Assembly: GCA_023379385.1 (NCBI GenBank)
Contig: JAMCUS010000032.1
Span: forward strand, 14,243-78,242
Direction of reading: 5' to 3'
DNA length: 64,000 nt
Source of the DNA: Thermoplasmatota archaeon
GTDB taxonomy: Archaea > Thermoplasmatota > Thermoplasmata > Lutacidiplasmatales > JAMCUS01
The position numbers and the translations under genes are program-made. Positions 29,232-38,343 of this stretch are shown here, one piece after another. The number at the start of each line of letters is the position of its first letter. Position 1 is the stretch's first letter. The notes under the pieces are model-generated. The model ran no database searches. It saw nothing but the letters and a program-made list of their open reading frames with translations, and was not told where the DNA came from.

Positions 29232-30620
29232 CTACTGCCCCTCCCTGCTGAATTTATACTGCCACACCCTTCTCCCTTCATTGATAACTGCAACACCTGC
29301 CTCTACTGTATAGTTGTCTGATTCTGTGCTGAACCTCCATTTTTTTCTTCCTTTTTCAGATCTGTCTACCGTTGCTAGACAGCCAAGTACTGTATCAAGA
29401 TACTGCCACTCTGTTGTCCTTTCAGGATCGTAGCTCGCTTCACCTGTGTGGAGAAGACTGATAAGTTCGTTCATTCCTCTCTTTGTAGATTCATCACCCA
29501 TTACCAGTGGATTTATCACAATTTCTCTTCTGCCACCACTCTCCCTAACTGTAGTCATGAGCTCCAGCATATCTTTTGATCCCATTACTGACTCAAGAAA
29601 AACTCTGAACTTATCCCCAAGTGCTCTGTTTCTGCAGAGTTCCTGATCTATATATGGTTTTTTTATTCCTGTCTTTTTCATATCCTCTACTATCTTTTTT
29701 GCCCAGACTGCATCAGCAATAATTGGAAAGCTGATCAACTCTTTGTTACGTATGCATCTTTTTATGTATTCTATCCATTCCTCTTTACTGCCATTCTCTA
29801 TAAGCTCTGAAATACTCCTGCCAGTCATACTGCCGTTGAATTCCAGATTTACAGGTTCCGTGTGAGCTTCCACAACCGGTTTATTGTTTATATCTTTTAT
29901 GGAGACAGGTGCATGCACATCTCTCTGCGTATGCTTCTCTGCAACGCTATCTGGTAATGGCTCCAATAAATCTTCTGTTGCCGTTCCAGACAGTAATTCC
30001 CAGTCGGTAACCAGACCGTCTATAAATATACCTTTTACATTCTCCAGACGTGGATCTGCCCATGTTATGATATTATTGCACAGGTCCACCAGTATGATCC
30101 ATGTATCCGAGTATGATGGTGCGTTATGTGTTACCCACCCTGCTGTGGATATTCCACAGATGATCTTTACTTTATATTCCTTCATGTTATGCATCTCTAT
30201 TGCCTGATTCTGCAATAAGGATGAATCAATTTTAGTCGGAGATTTTGTTATACTAGCCAGAAACTCATAGTCATGAAAAAATAATAAATTAATAAGGCAT
30301 TTATTTTTGGCCAGAATGCCAGAACCCATCAGCTCTATACCCATTCTTTTACTGTATGGAAAATTCTTTCTGAAGTCGTTAAAGTTTACCTTACCCTGTA
30401 TTTTTTGCCAGTGTTTGACACCGTCTGTTTCTCCTATGGACTCAAATGTGTATGTGTTTATAATCTTGCTGAATAATTCCTTTACCCTGTGCTTGTTTTT
30501 ATCCGTCAGCATCAGATAGATTCCACTTCCGTTCAATCTATCCTTTAAATTTTCATAGTATTCATCTTCCAGTTTCATTGCTGTTCTTGCTGTCACCCAC
30601 TCATCCATCTGTTTCACCAC
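29232..30620 (-). CDS. Hypothetical protein; N-terminal domain resembles the C-terminal domain of 27157..29106
   Basis: 462-aa ORF; AMKLEDEYYENLK, IICGISTAGW, ITWADPR. Confidence 0.72.
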   Translation of the reverse strand: MVKQMDEWVTARTAMKLEDEYYENLKDRLNGSGIYLMLTDKNKHRVKELFSKIINTYTFESIGETDGVKHWQKIQGKVNFNDFRKNFPYSKRMGIELMGSGILAKNKCLINLLFFHDYEFLASITKSPTKIDSSLLQNQAIEMHNMKEYKVKIICGISTAGWVTHNAPSYSDTWIILVDLCNNIITWADPRLENVKGIFIDGLVTDWELLSGTATEDLLEPLPDSVAEKHTQRDVHAPVSIKDINNKPVVEAHTEPVNLEFNGSMTGRSISELIENGSKEEWIEYIKRCIRNKELISFPIIADAVWAKKIVEDMKKTGIKKPYIDQELCRNRALGDKFRVFLESVMGSKDMLELMTTVRESGGRREIVINPLVMGDESTKRGMNELISLLHTGEASYDPERTTEWQYLDTVLGCLATVDRSEKGRKKWRFSTESDNYTVEAGVAVINEGRRVWQYKFSREGQ

Positions 30621-30643
30621 AATCTTTTGTTTTGATTTTATTT

Positions 30644-33600
30644 TTATTTATTCAATTTTTCAAAGAAGCTCTTTATATTCTCTTTCATTCTGTCATTTAA
30701 CTCCTGCCCACGTTCCATGCATTCCTCCAGATCTCCTTTTATTTGTTCATATAACTCCTTCAACTTCCTGTCACCCTCCATTCTCTCTTTCAGGATCTCC
30801 CTTATATCCTCGTCCTCAAGTACCTCACTGATCTCTTTTACTACGTTCTTCTCTTCATACTCCTCTATCAGCTTCCTCGTCTCGTTTATCACTATGCCCT
30901 GTTTCCTGTCCGCTCTCCTGTATGCCCTCAGCTGTTCTACATCCTTGCCTAAATTATAGAGATCATTCAGTCTCTCTGCTATCTCTATCAGCCCTATTCT
31001 CTTTTCCTGCTCTCCCTTTACACAATCCATTATTAGCTCTTTTATCTCCGGATTATCTTTCAGCTCTTCACTGCTCTCCAGATCTTTTCCTATGTCTTCC
31101 TTCTCGGGCTCTATTCCTGTATATGCCCAGTACATTATTCTACCCAGTATACATGTCATTGTCTTCTCGTTCGGAAATTTGCCACCTTTCAATAGCTCCG
31201 GTGCTGCCCACTGCGGCGTGTATACCAGTTCATCACTTCTCGATATTGATCCCATTCTGAAGCAACCTCCCCAGTCTATCAGCTTTACCTTATTGCCTCC
31301 CACTATTATTATATGCTCCGGCTTCAGATCTGTATTCACTACTTTATGCATTTTCCACGCATACAGTAATGGATCTATGCAGTCGTAGAACACTCCCGCA
31401 AGTACCTCTTCCCTCGGTTTCTTTTTTACATATTCCCTGAGGTTATCTCCTTCTATCCACTCCATCTCTATATGCGTATTGTCGTAGTCATATACCTGCG
31501 CTATTCCTGAATGTTTCAGCTTCTTGTGCATCTCCGCCTCTTTCAGGAATCGCCTGCCCACGTCTCCTGCTGTAATAGGGTATTTCACTACCACTACCTG
31601 TTCCTCTATACTACCATCCTTTCTTCTTCTCTTCGCTTTCCACACCACACTCTGCCTGCTCTCGTGTACTGGTTTATCTCCTACAAATTGATAACTCTCA
31701 CCCAGTATATCGTGAAAGTACTGCCCTGGCGTTTTTTCATATTGTACAGGAACATCCATTTGCAGGGCTCCTGTCTCCACCTTCTCTGTTTGGCTTTTAT
31801 CTTCCTCTATGTACAGACTTTCCTTATCCCTGTACTCTTTTTCAAAACTTCTTCCCAGTGCATCCCTGTATGTCGCTTTAGCCTCCATTCTTATCTCGTT
31901 ACCTATCGTACCTAAAAACCGGATCTCTGTCTCTCTCACCTCTCCTGCCTTCAGATCTCCTACCTCTATTACTCTATTGTCCATTTTCGCTTCCCCTTCC
32001 GGTACTTTCAGTTCCACTCTGAGCTCTTTGATCTCCGATTTCCCATTGTTCGTTATCTGCATTTTCAGTTTTACTCTTCTGTTTCTTACGTACATGTTTC
32101 CTATTGAGATCGCTATGTCAGGTATAGTTTCATTAATTGATTTATCCAGTTTAGCTCCTGTCGCTCTCAGCTCCTCTAAATTACCCTCTTTTACAGATTT
32201 CTTTACACTCTTCTCATATTCCTCAATCATCTCTCCCAGTTTCTTCAGTTTCACCAACTTATCACTAACTGGATAATATTCTAGTATCACCGCTGCTCTC
32301 TGCCGGCATATCTCTATTCTTTTCTTGAGTTCGCTCCGGTCTACAACATTCTCCTCTACACCCTCTGTTAACTTCTTGATATTGTTGTATACAGCTCCGG
32401 TATCCCTGTACAGATCCTCTGCCTCCCTGTACTTTTCCAATTCCACCAGTCGCTCTCCTTCCTCAAGTTTCATATTAGCAGATTCATATTCCTCTTTCAG
32501 ATCTCTCTTTATACTCTCCAGCACCTCTATTGCAATTTCACCCACGGTTTTCTCTTCGTATCCCTTTGCTGTGGATTCCAATACCATAATCTTTCTGCTG
32601 TCATTTCTCAATTTAGCAATCTTTGATATTGCCACTGCATCAAGCACTCCTCTGGATCCACCACTAGCAAGATATCCCAGAGATCTGATTGCATTGCCTC
32701 TAACAGTTGCATCTTCATCAGATAAACACTGGATCAGTGCTGCAACACCTTTATCCTCTACAATATACGCACTCCATCCATCTTTGGCAATATTGCCAAG
32801 TACCCATGCCGCGTTCTGGCGTACATATACATCTTTATCTGATAGATTACGGATCATGGGAGCAATTCCATTCTCCTCTACTATATCCTTGCTCCATCCA
32901 TCATTGGCAATGTTGCCAAGTGCCCATGTTGCAACACCTCTTACATATCCATCGTTATCAGAAAGGCTCTGAATCAGTGAGGGAATGCCTCTTTCCTTAA
33001 CGATCTCCTTGCTCCATCCACCCTTAGCAATGTTGCCAAGTGCCCAGATCGCTTTGCCACGTATCTCAGCATCGCTATCTGATATGCTGTATATGAGTGG
33101 TGCAATTCCCTTCTCCTCTACAACCTCTTTATTCCATCCATCCTTCGTTATGAATCCCAGTGTATCCGTCATTTTACGCCTGACTTCTGCATCACTGTCA
33201 TATAGAACATGTACCAGTGGTGCGATTCCCTTCTCCTCTACTATATGTTTGCTCATTCCACTTTTGGCAATGTTACCAAGTGCCCATGCCGCGTTCTGGC
33301 GTACATATACAGAATTATCAGAAAGGCTGCGTAGCAATGGAGATATACCTTTCTCCTCTACTATATCCTTGCTCCATCCATCCTTGACAATGTTGCCAAG
33401 TGCCCATGTTGCAACACCTCTCACATATCCGTCGTTATCAGAAAGGCTATACACTAGCGGGGCAATGCCCTTCTCCTTAACGATCTCCTTGCTCCATCCA
33501 CCCTTAGCAATGTTGCCAAGTGTCCAGATCGCTTTGCCACGTATCTCAGCATCACTATTGGACAGGCAGTGTACCAGTGGTGCAATTCCCTTCTCCTCTA

Positions 33601-33724
33601 CTATATCCTTTGCTCCTCCGTCTTTGGCAATAAAGCCCAGGGCATTTACAGAAGTTTTCTGTATTGTAATATCCTCGCTTCTCAGATTATTTATCCAATT
33701 CGAAATCTCCCATCTGTTTACCAT
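30644..33724 (-). CDS. ARM/HEAT-repeat + Ig-like (CARDB-type) + Ser/Thr protein kinase-like protein
   Basis: Eight to nine 40-aa repeats (GIAPL...D..VR..A.WALGNIA), ITNNGKSEIKELRVEL beta domain, kinase motifs VVVKY / FLKEAE / TDLKPEH / IDWG / AAPE. Confidence 0.88.
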   Translation of the reverse strand: MVNRWEISNWINNLRSEDITIQKTSVNALGFIAKDGGAKDIVEEKGIAPLVHCLSNSDAEIRGKAIWTLGNIAKGGWSKEIVKEKGIAPLVYSLSDNDGYVRGVATWALGNIVKDGWSKDIVEEKGISPLLRSLSDNSVYVRQNAAWALGNIAKSGMSKHIVEEKGIAPLVHVLYDSDAEVRRKMTDTLGFITKDGWNKEVVEEKGIAPLIYSISDSDAEIRGKAIWALGNIAKGGWSKEIVKERGIPSLIQSLSDNDGYVRGVATWALGNIANDGWSKDIVEENGIAPMIRNLSDKDVYVRQNAAWVLGNIAKDGWSAYIVEDKGVAALIQCLSDEDATVRGNAIRSLGYLASGGSRGVLDAVAISKIAKLRNDSRKIMVLESTAKGYEEKTVGEIAIEVLESIKRDLKEEYESANMKLEEGERLVELEKYREAEDLYRDTGAVYNNIKKLTEGVEENVVDRSELKKRIEICRQRAAVILEYYPVSDKLVKLKKLGEMIEEYEKSVKKSVKEGNLEELRATGAKLDKSINETIPDIAISIGNMYVRNRRVKLKMQITNNGKSEIKELRVELKVPEGEAKMDNRVIEVGDLKAGEVRETEIRFLGTIGNEIRMEAKATYRDALGRSFEKEYRDKESLYIEEDKSQTEKVETGALQMDVPVQYEKTPGQYFHDILGESYQFVGDKPVHESRQSVVWKAKRRRKDGSIEEQVVVVKYPITAGDVGRRFLKEAEMHKKLKHSGIAQVYDYDNTHIEMEWIEGDNLREYVKKKPREEVLAGVFYDCIDPLLYAWKMHKVVNTDLKPEHIIIVGGNKVKLIDWGGCFRMGSISRSDELVYTPQWAAPELLKGGKFPNEKTMTCILGRIMYWAYTGIEPEKEDIGKDLESSEELKDNPEIKELIMDCVKGEQEKRIGLIEIAERLNDLYNLGKDVEQLRAYRRADRKQGIVINETRKLIEEYEEKNVVKEISEVLEDEDIREILKERMEGDRKLKELYEQIKGDLEECMERGQELNDRMKENIKSFFEKLNK
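32645..33715 (-). repeat. Intragenic tandem 120-nt (40-aa) ARM repeats with a 480-nt higher-order duplication
   Basis: tgttgccaagtg-like motif recurs at 32911, 33031, 33271, 33391 and 33511; 33001-33070 is nearly identical to 33481-33550. Confidence 0.92.
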
Positions 33725-33820
33725 ATATCATCACCACTTTCGTCGTTTACGCCATATTCACTTTTATTGAAATCCATAACTATCACACTGCATCTCTCAT
33801 TCTATCAGTAAATTAATCTG

Positions 33821-34732
33821 TCAATTCTCTACAGCCCTCAGATATTCAATTAATGCTCTGTATTCATTGTATGAATACTCAATATCATTGCCGACCATAC
33901 CCTTTCGCTCTTTCAAGGCTGGCACTACGTTTCCTTCCTTATCAAATTCTGTAAGAATGCTGCTATAAAAATATGTGACAGGTGTGTAATTAACGGTACC
34001 ATACCACCTTTTTAGCTCTGCTAACGTTTCTGGAAAAAATTTAGTCATGAGGTCTTCGCAATATTTTTTTCTCTTTTCCACCTCTGTTAGCAGTGGAAAT
34101 TGTTCCGAGATGGAATTCGACCTGAATAATTCCCTGTTAATATTATCAAACTTGGTGAAGATCATAATTAAAAAAATCTGTTTTGCATTGCCCGTAAACC
34201 ATGCAGAATTCCCTATTGCGTTTACAAATTTTGCAGTAGCCCTATCGTTGCCGTATCCACCGGTTACTTCACCTGCCGATAATTTACTGCTATCTATCAA
34301 TATGATCACTCCCCTGGACGAAAGCAATTTTCTGATTGTTCCAGCATCTGCACTTGATTGTGTCATCCCCCTTATTGATTCTACCAGTTCAGTCAGCCCA
34401 TGGAAGTATACGTTTAAATTGATGTTCGTATATGTATTATCCTTTTTAAAAAATTTTGAAAGGCGAATACCACTGCTACTCATGTATCTGAATGTAACGG
34501 AGAATTCCGTAAATGTTGATGATGATTTCTCTGGCCATTCCCCGGACCTGAGCCTGCTGTATATGCTGGTAATCTCGTTCATTATGAGAGGAGATGCATA
34601 AAATTTGAACAGGTTTTTATTCCTATTTTCATTGGAGTACCGTATCTGGGAGGAATACAAAAGTCCAATGAATGTTTCTTTCCCAGATCCATCATCACCT
34701 ACTACTGCCACATCCATAACATCCAACATCAT
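33821..34732 (-). CDS. TRAFAC-class GTPase paralogue with degenerate G1/G3 (double-GTPase-like)
   Basis: GDDGSGKETFIGLLY, no DxxG at the G3 position (YFHGLTE), G4 TKFD; collinear with 34729..35715. Confidence 0.75.
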   Translation of the reverse strand: MMLDVMDVAVVGDDGSGKETFIGLLYSSQIRYSNENRNKNLFKFYASPLIMNEITSIYSRLRSGEWPEKSSSTFTEFSVTFRYMSSSGIRLSKFFKKDNTYTNINLNVYFHGLTELVESIRGMTQSSADAGTIRKLLSSRGVIILIDSSKLSAGEVTGGYGNDRATAKFVNAIGNSAWFTGNAKQIFLIMIFTKFDNINRELFRSNSISEQFPLLTEVEKRKKYCEDLMTKFFPETLAELKRWYGTVNYTPVTYFYSSILTEFDKEGNVVPALKERKGMVGNDIEYSYNEYRALIEYLRAVEN

Positions 34733-35715
34733 TTATTTGGCTTTATTTCTTCGTCTTCTTTGATTTCATCAGGCATTTCATCAGCGATTTTCTTGAAATG
34801 GGTGATAAATCCCTCAAATTCTGAGTATGAGTAATCAAGTTCATGTCCCACGCCTCCTGGAACTACGCTCAGTGCCGGAGATGGAAATCCATCGTCTCCG
34901 AATACAGTATTCACATGGGTAAAAAAGTAGGCTGTATTATCAAAGCTCACGTTCATCAGGCTACCCCCCTTCAATAGAGCAAGAGTTTGTGGGAAGAAGT
35001 TGGTCATGATCTTCTCTGCAAATTCAGTTCTTCTTTTACCATCGCGGAGTGGTGGCGGGTATGGCTCCTTCAGATTCATTTTAATTAGCACATTTCTATC
35101 CACCTTGTCAAATTTAGTAAAAACAATAACGGGATAAATCTTCCTTTCTGCAGGGTCATCCTTCTTGGAATTGTACTGCGCCACTAGAGAGACAAGAGTG
35201 GCCATTGTTCCATCATAGTTAAGCATATCATGGTGCTCCTTGCTTCTCGCCTGAGTTGTGATCCTGCTGGCATCAATGAGGAATACAAGCGTTCTCGACT
35301 CCAGCACCTTTTTTGCAGCGTCTGTAAAATTCTCGGTCTGTCTTCCATCAGGTGTTCTAATCATGTCTGTAATATCCTCTCCAGCTACATCATATATTCC
35401 AAATCCTATAATAGCAAAAGGATTCATCCAATTCTTTTTCTGTACCCATCTGGGTATCAATGTGGCCATTGTTTTCTTGTAACCAAATAGAAATGATAAT
35501 GTTGTCGTCTGCCCTTTTAAGGTCGCATCAGGCCATCTACCCTCCACTAGTTCGGTATAGGTTCTACTTATAATGTTCAACGCAGATGGTGCTGCATAAA
35601 ACCTAAAAATGTCTCTGTTTGATGGCTCGTCAGTATACTTAACCTGTGCTGCATATAACAACCCTATAAATGTTGTTTTTCCAGCTGCTCTATCTCCCAA
35701 AACTGCTGTGGGCAT
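34729..35715 (-). CDS. TRAFAC-class GTPase (double-GTPase-like)
   Basis: G1 GDRAAGKTT, G2 WPDAT, G3 YDVAGE, G4 FTKFD. Confidence 0.85.
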   Translation of the reverse strand: MPTAVLGDRAAGKTTFIGLLYAAQVKYTDEPSNRDIFRFYAAPSALNIISRTYTELVEGRWPDATLKGQTTTLSFLFGYKKTMATLIPRWVQKKNWMNPFAIIGFGIYDVAGEDITDMIRTPDGRQTENFTDAAKKVLESRTLVFLIDASRITTQARSKEHHDMLNYDGTMATLVSLVAQYNSKKDDPAERKIYPVIVFTKFDKVDRNVLIKMNLKEPYPPPLRDGKRRTEFAEKIMTNFFPQTLALLKGGSLMNVSFDNTAYFFTHVNTVFGDDGFPSPALSVVPGGVGHELDYSYSEFEGFITHFKKIADEMPDEIKEDEEIKPNK

Positions 35716-35814
35716 ATTTCATAACCTCCTATTACTTAGTAATAGCATTGTTTAATACATAAGGTTGTATAAAATAGTTTGCAAAACCACTTTTTGTTTG
35801 TTATAATGTAAATC

Positions 35815-36600
35815 TCATTTTGATCCAAAAATATCATCTATAGTTTTATCAATGGTTTCTTTGCTGGAAGTCGGTGTATCCTCTTTTTTAACAGGTACCA
35901 TCACCCATTCTCCTGGCTTTATATCTGGTTTTATACGTGAAATGATCAAATTAAAGATTCTGGTAGCATCTGTATATGGAACATCTGAAAAAACAGATAT
36001 TGATGTCAATCTGAGTTTAATATCCAATAACATGGATAATAAATACGCCATCTTCAATCGTTCGTCCTCACTGCTATTAGGCACATGCAAAAAGATCTTC
36101 ACTGCACTGTTTTCCCTGTAGTAGGCTATAAGCTTCTCTACTACACCTCTGTTCAGATATTTTTGGAGCTCCTTGATATATTCATCAATATTATTTTTCT
36201 CTCTATGAATAGAAAAAAGTGGAAGATTTCCCACTGCCTCTTTGTGTTCTGCTTCAAATTTTTCCATATCTCTATCCAGTTCTTCGTAAGTAATAGCACC
36301 CTCCAATAGAAATTGTTTGGGAACAATTACTGTATGATTCTCAACAGCACCTCTCTTATATTCATCCAGCCCCTTTACAATTCTAGAAAAAAGTATTGCA
36401 TTAGAGTTGGAAAGAATTAAATGAGGTATATGCATATATTTTAAATCACTCTGGCTTATAGGAAGAAAAAAACCCTGATAAGGTCTCACATAACCCTCTG
36501 CAATTCCATTCTTGGAATATGCTTTCATTTTGTAACCCTTATAATTTCCATAAATGAATTGCTCACATTCAATCACTTCATCGTTTTTTTCATCTACCAT
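35815..36600 (-). CDS. Hypothetical protein, GTPase-associated protein 1 N-terminal (GAP1-N)-like
   Basis: EQFIYG..KGY...AYS..G and LDEYKRG...NH.hhh pattern recalling GAP1-N domains; directly upstream of the two GTPases. Confidence 0.5.
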   Translation of the reverse strand: MVDEKNDEVIECEQFIYGNYKGYKMKAYSKNGIAEGYVRPYQGFFLPISQSDLKYMHIPHLILSNSNAILFSRIVKGLDEYKRGAVENHTVIVPKQFLLEGAITYEELDRDMEKFEAEHKEAVGNLPLFSIHREKNNIDEYIKELQKYLNRGVVEKLIAYYRENSAVKIFLHVPNSSEDERLKMAYLLSMLLDIKLRLTSISVFSDVPYTDATRIFNLIISRIKPDIKPGEWVMVPVKKEDTPTSSKETIDKTIDDIFGSK

Positions 36601-36674
36601 TAATAATCACCGCCAAAGAAATTTTGTAATGCCATATCAATCTGCCTAACCACATTCCGTAATAGTTGCAATTT

Positions 36675-37784
36675 TTATGGACATTCATTTACTGAACCTC
36701 CATTTAACTTGCTTGATAGCGAACGGAGACTGTATCCTCCCGCCAATCCTAAGAATTCTAAATTCTTTGCACCTACATGGTCTACATTATCTACATGGCT
36801 ACGTCGCAAACATAAAAATTTAATCCCCTTACGATTTCTCCTGTCTATGTCGCCACATTCAGGGCATCTCTGCGATGTTTTCCAGGGATCTTTGCGATAT
36901 ACGGATATCCCAAGCTCTTCACACATCTGCTCTAACCGAATGCCAACCCTGGCATAATGCCAGAAAGACAGAAGTCTATTTACCCCACGTGAAAACCTTC
37001 CACGTTTATTCATCGTGACATTTTTTAAATCTTCTATTACCATTGCCTTTACTCCCTCTAAATTCAGCTTTTTTATGTACCTGTTCTCCTCTGTTGTTAT
37101 ATACTGGTGATATGATTTCCTGTGCTTATCTACCGATAACATCTCTGCTTTCATTTCGCTTCCTAGGTTCTGTCCATCTGATGTAAACAGCATTGAATTT
37201 ACTCCTCTATCTATTCCTATTATTTTCCCTTTTGCACGTTTTTCAGGTCTTTCTTTTTCCAATATTAAATCAATAAATAGGCCATTCTCTTTATTCCAAC
37301 CTAATCTTATTGACTTCCCTATCTCCCAACCGTCCTTAAGCAATTCATTTATTTGCTTATTCAGATTGAATAATATTACCACACCGGGAACGCCTGAACC
37401 GAATTTCACACACTTATCAAAAGAACCATCAAAACCATCTATTTTTGTGAATCTGCCATCTAAATTGGCTATTGTTTTATGGATTATGGGCATTCTTTTA
37501 TCTTTTTTTTCTAACTGTGATGATATGATTTCTTTGGACTGCTTCCCTATGCATTGTGATAACCTGGCTGTAATATTAAATTTAAGGGATATCCCATCTG
37601 TTACCTCCTCAGATAATAATCCACTGGAGAAATCCTGTGCAGACCACAACCTCTCTATTGTATAATTCACTGCCCTGTTATAAGTAACTAAAAACTCCTC
37701 AAGCTTATTGACCTTGTTTATATTTACCTCTTTCAGATATATGCGGGATGTCCTCTTCATTTTATTATTATCAGTCAGATTCAT
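36675..37784 (-). CDS. tnpB: TnpB RNA-guided nuclease of IS607 (fourth Zn-finger Cys lost)
   Basis: RuvC motifs IIGIDRG, VIEDL, NVDHVGAKN; TSQRCPECG...CLRRSH. Confidence 0.9.
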   Translation of the reverse strand: MNLTDNNKMKRTSRIYLKEVNINKVNKLEEFLVTYNRAVNYTIERLWSAQDFSSGLLSEEVTDGISLKFNITARLSQCIGKQSKEIISSQLEKKDKRMPIIHKTIANLDGRFTKIDGFDGSFDKCVKFGSGVPGVVILFNLNKQINELLKDGWEIGKSIRLGWNKENGLFIDLILEKERPEKRAKGKIIGIDRGVNSMLFTSDGQNLGSEMKAEMLSVDKHRKSYHQYITTEENRYIKKLNLEGVKAMVIEDLKNVTMNKRGRFSRGVNRLLSFWHYARVGIRLEQMCEELGISVYRKDPWKTSQRCPECGDIDRRNRKGIKFLCLRRSHVDNVDHVGAKNLEFLGLAGGYSLRSLSSKLNGGSVNECP

Positions 37785-38343
37785 TTTTTATTACCTCTAC
37801 TATCTTATCTCTTTTCCTCTTGCCCTTCCTCAGCCCGTAATATCTTGCACACATTGATGTTACTATTGATATCATATCCTGCATCAGGTCGTTCTTATCA
37901 TTATCCGTTTCATTCACTACCTCTATATGCTTCCCCAGCTCATTGAATAATATGTTTATGTAGTTGAATCCAAATCTGGTAAGCCTATCTTTATGCTCAA
38001 CTATGAGTATATTATAATTCTTATCTATAAATAATTTATTCAATTGCTTACGATTATCATCAACTCCACTGCCTGTTTCTTTGACTATCTTATATATGGA
38101 ATAACCTTTAGCTATTGCATAATTTTCTAAACGTTGAGCCTGTGCATCCAGATTATTTTTATTCTCCGAACTGGAAACTCTTGCATAAATGCATACTTTA
38201 TCTGGGAATTTATTTTCAATTTCCTCATTCACAATGACTGTACCGGTTGGTAATTGAAATGCATCTATTTTACCATCTTTCCATAATCTCCATGCTGTTT
38301 TATAAGAAATACCCAATTTCTTAGCCCATGTTGATAATTTCAT
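37771..38343 (-). CDS. tnpA: IS607 TnpA serine recombinase
   Basis: MKLSTWAKKLGISYKTAWR HTH, IYARVSS, VEHKDRLTRFGF, ARYYGLR. Confidence 0.95.
   Translation of the reverse strand: MKLSTWAKKLGISYKTAWRLWKDGKIDAFQLPTGTVIVNEEIENKFPDKVCIYARVSSSENKNNLDAQAQRLENYAIAKGYSIYKIVKETGSGVDDNRKQLNKLFIDKNYNILIVEHKDRLTRFGFNYINILFNELGKHIEVVNETDNDKNDLMQDMISIVTSMCARYYGLRKGKRKRDKIVEVIKNESD

Noticed and set aside
32645-33715. Regular DNA repeats as a CRISPR array
   Set aside because: The period is 120 nt, in frame inside a long ORF, with no unique spacers and no cas genes; these are protein repeats. No CRISPR array was seen anywhere in the window.
30717-33811. Long plus-strand ORFs (e.g. 32325..32972, 32985..33770) and similar antisense ORFs across the window
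   Set aside because: These are shadows of real genes on the opposite strand, with Ser/Leu/Phe-rich low-information translations and no motifs.
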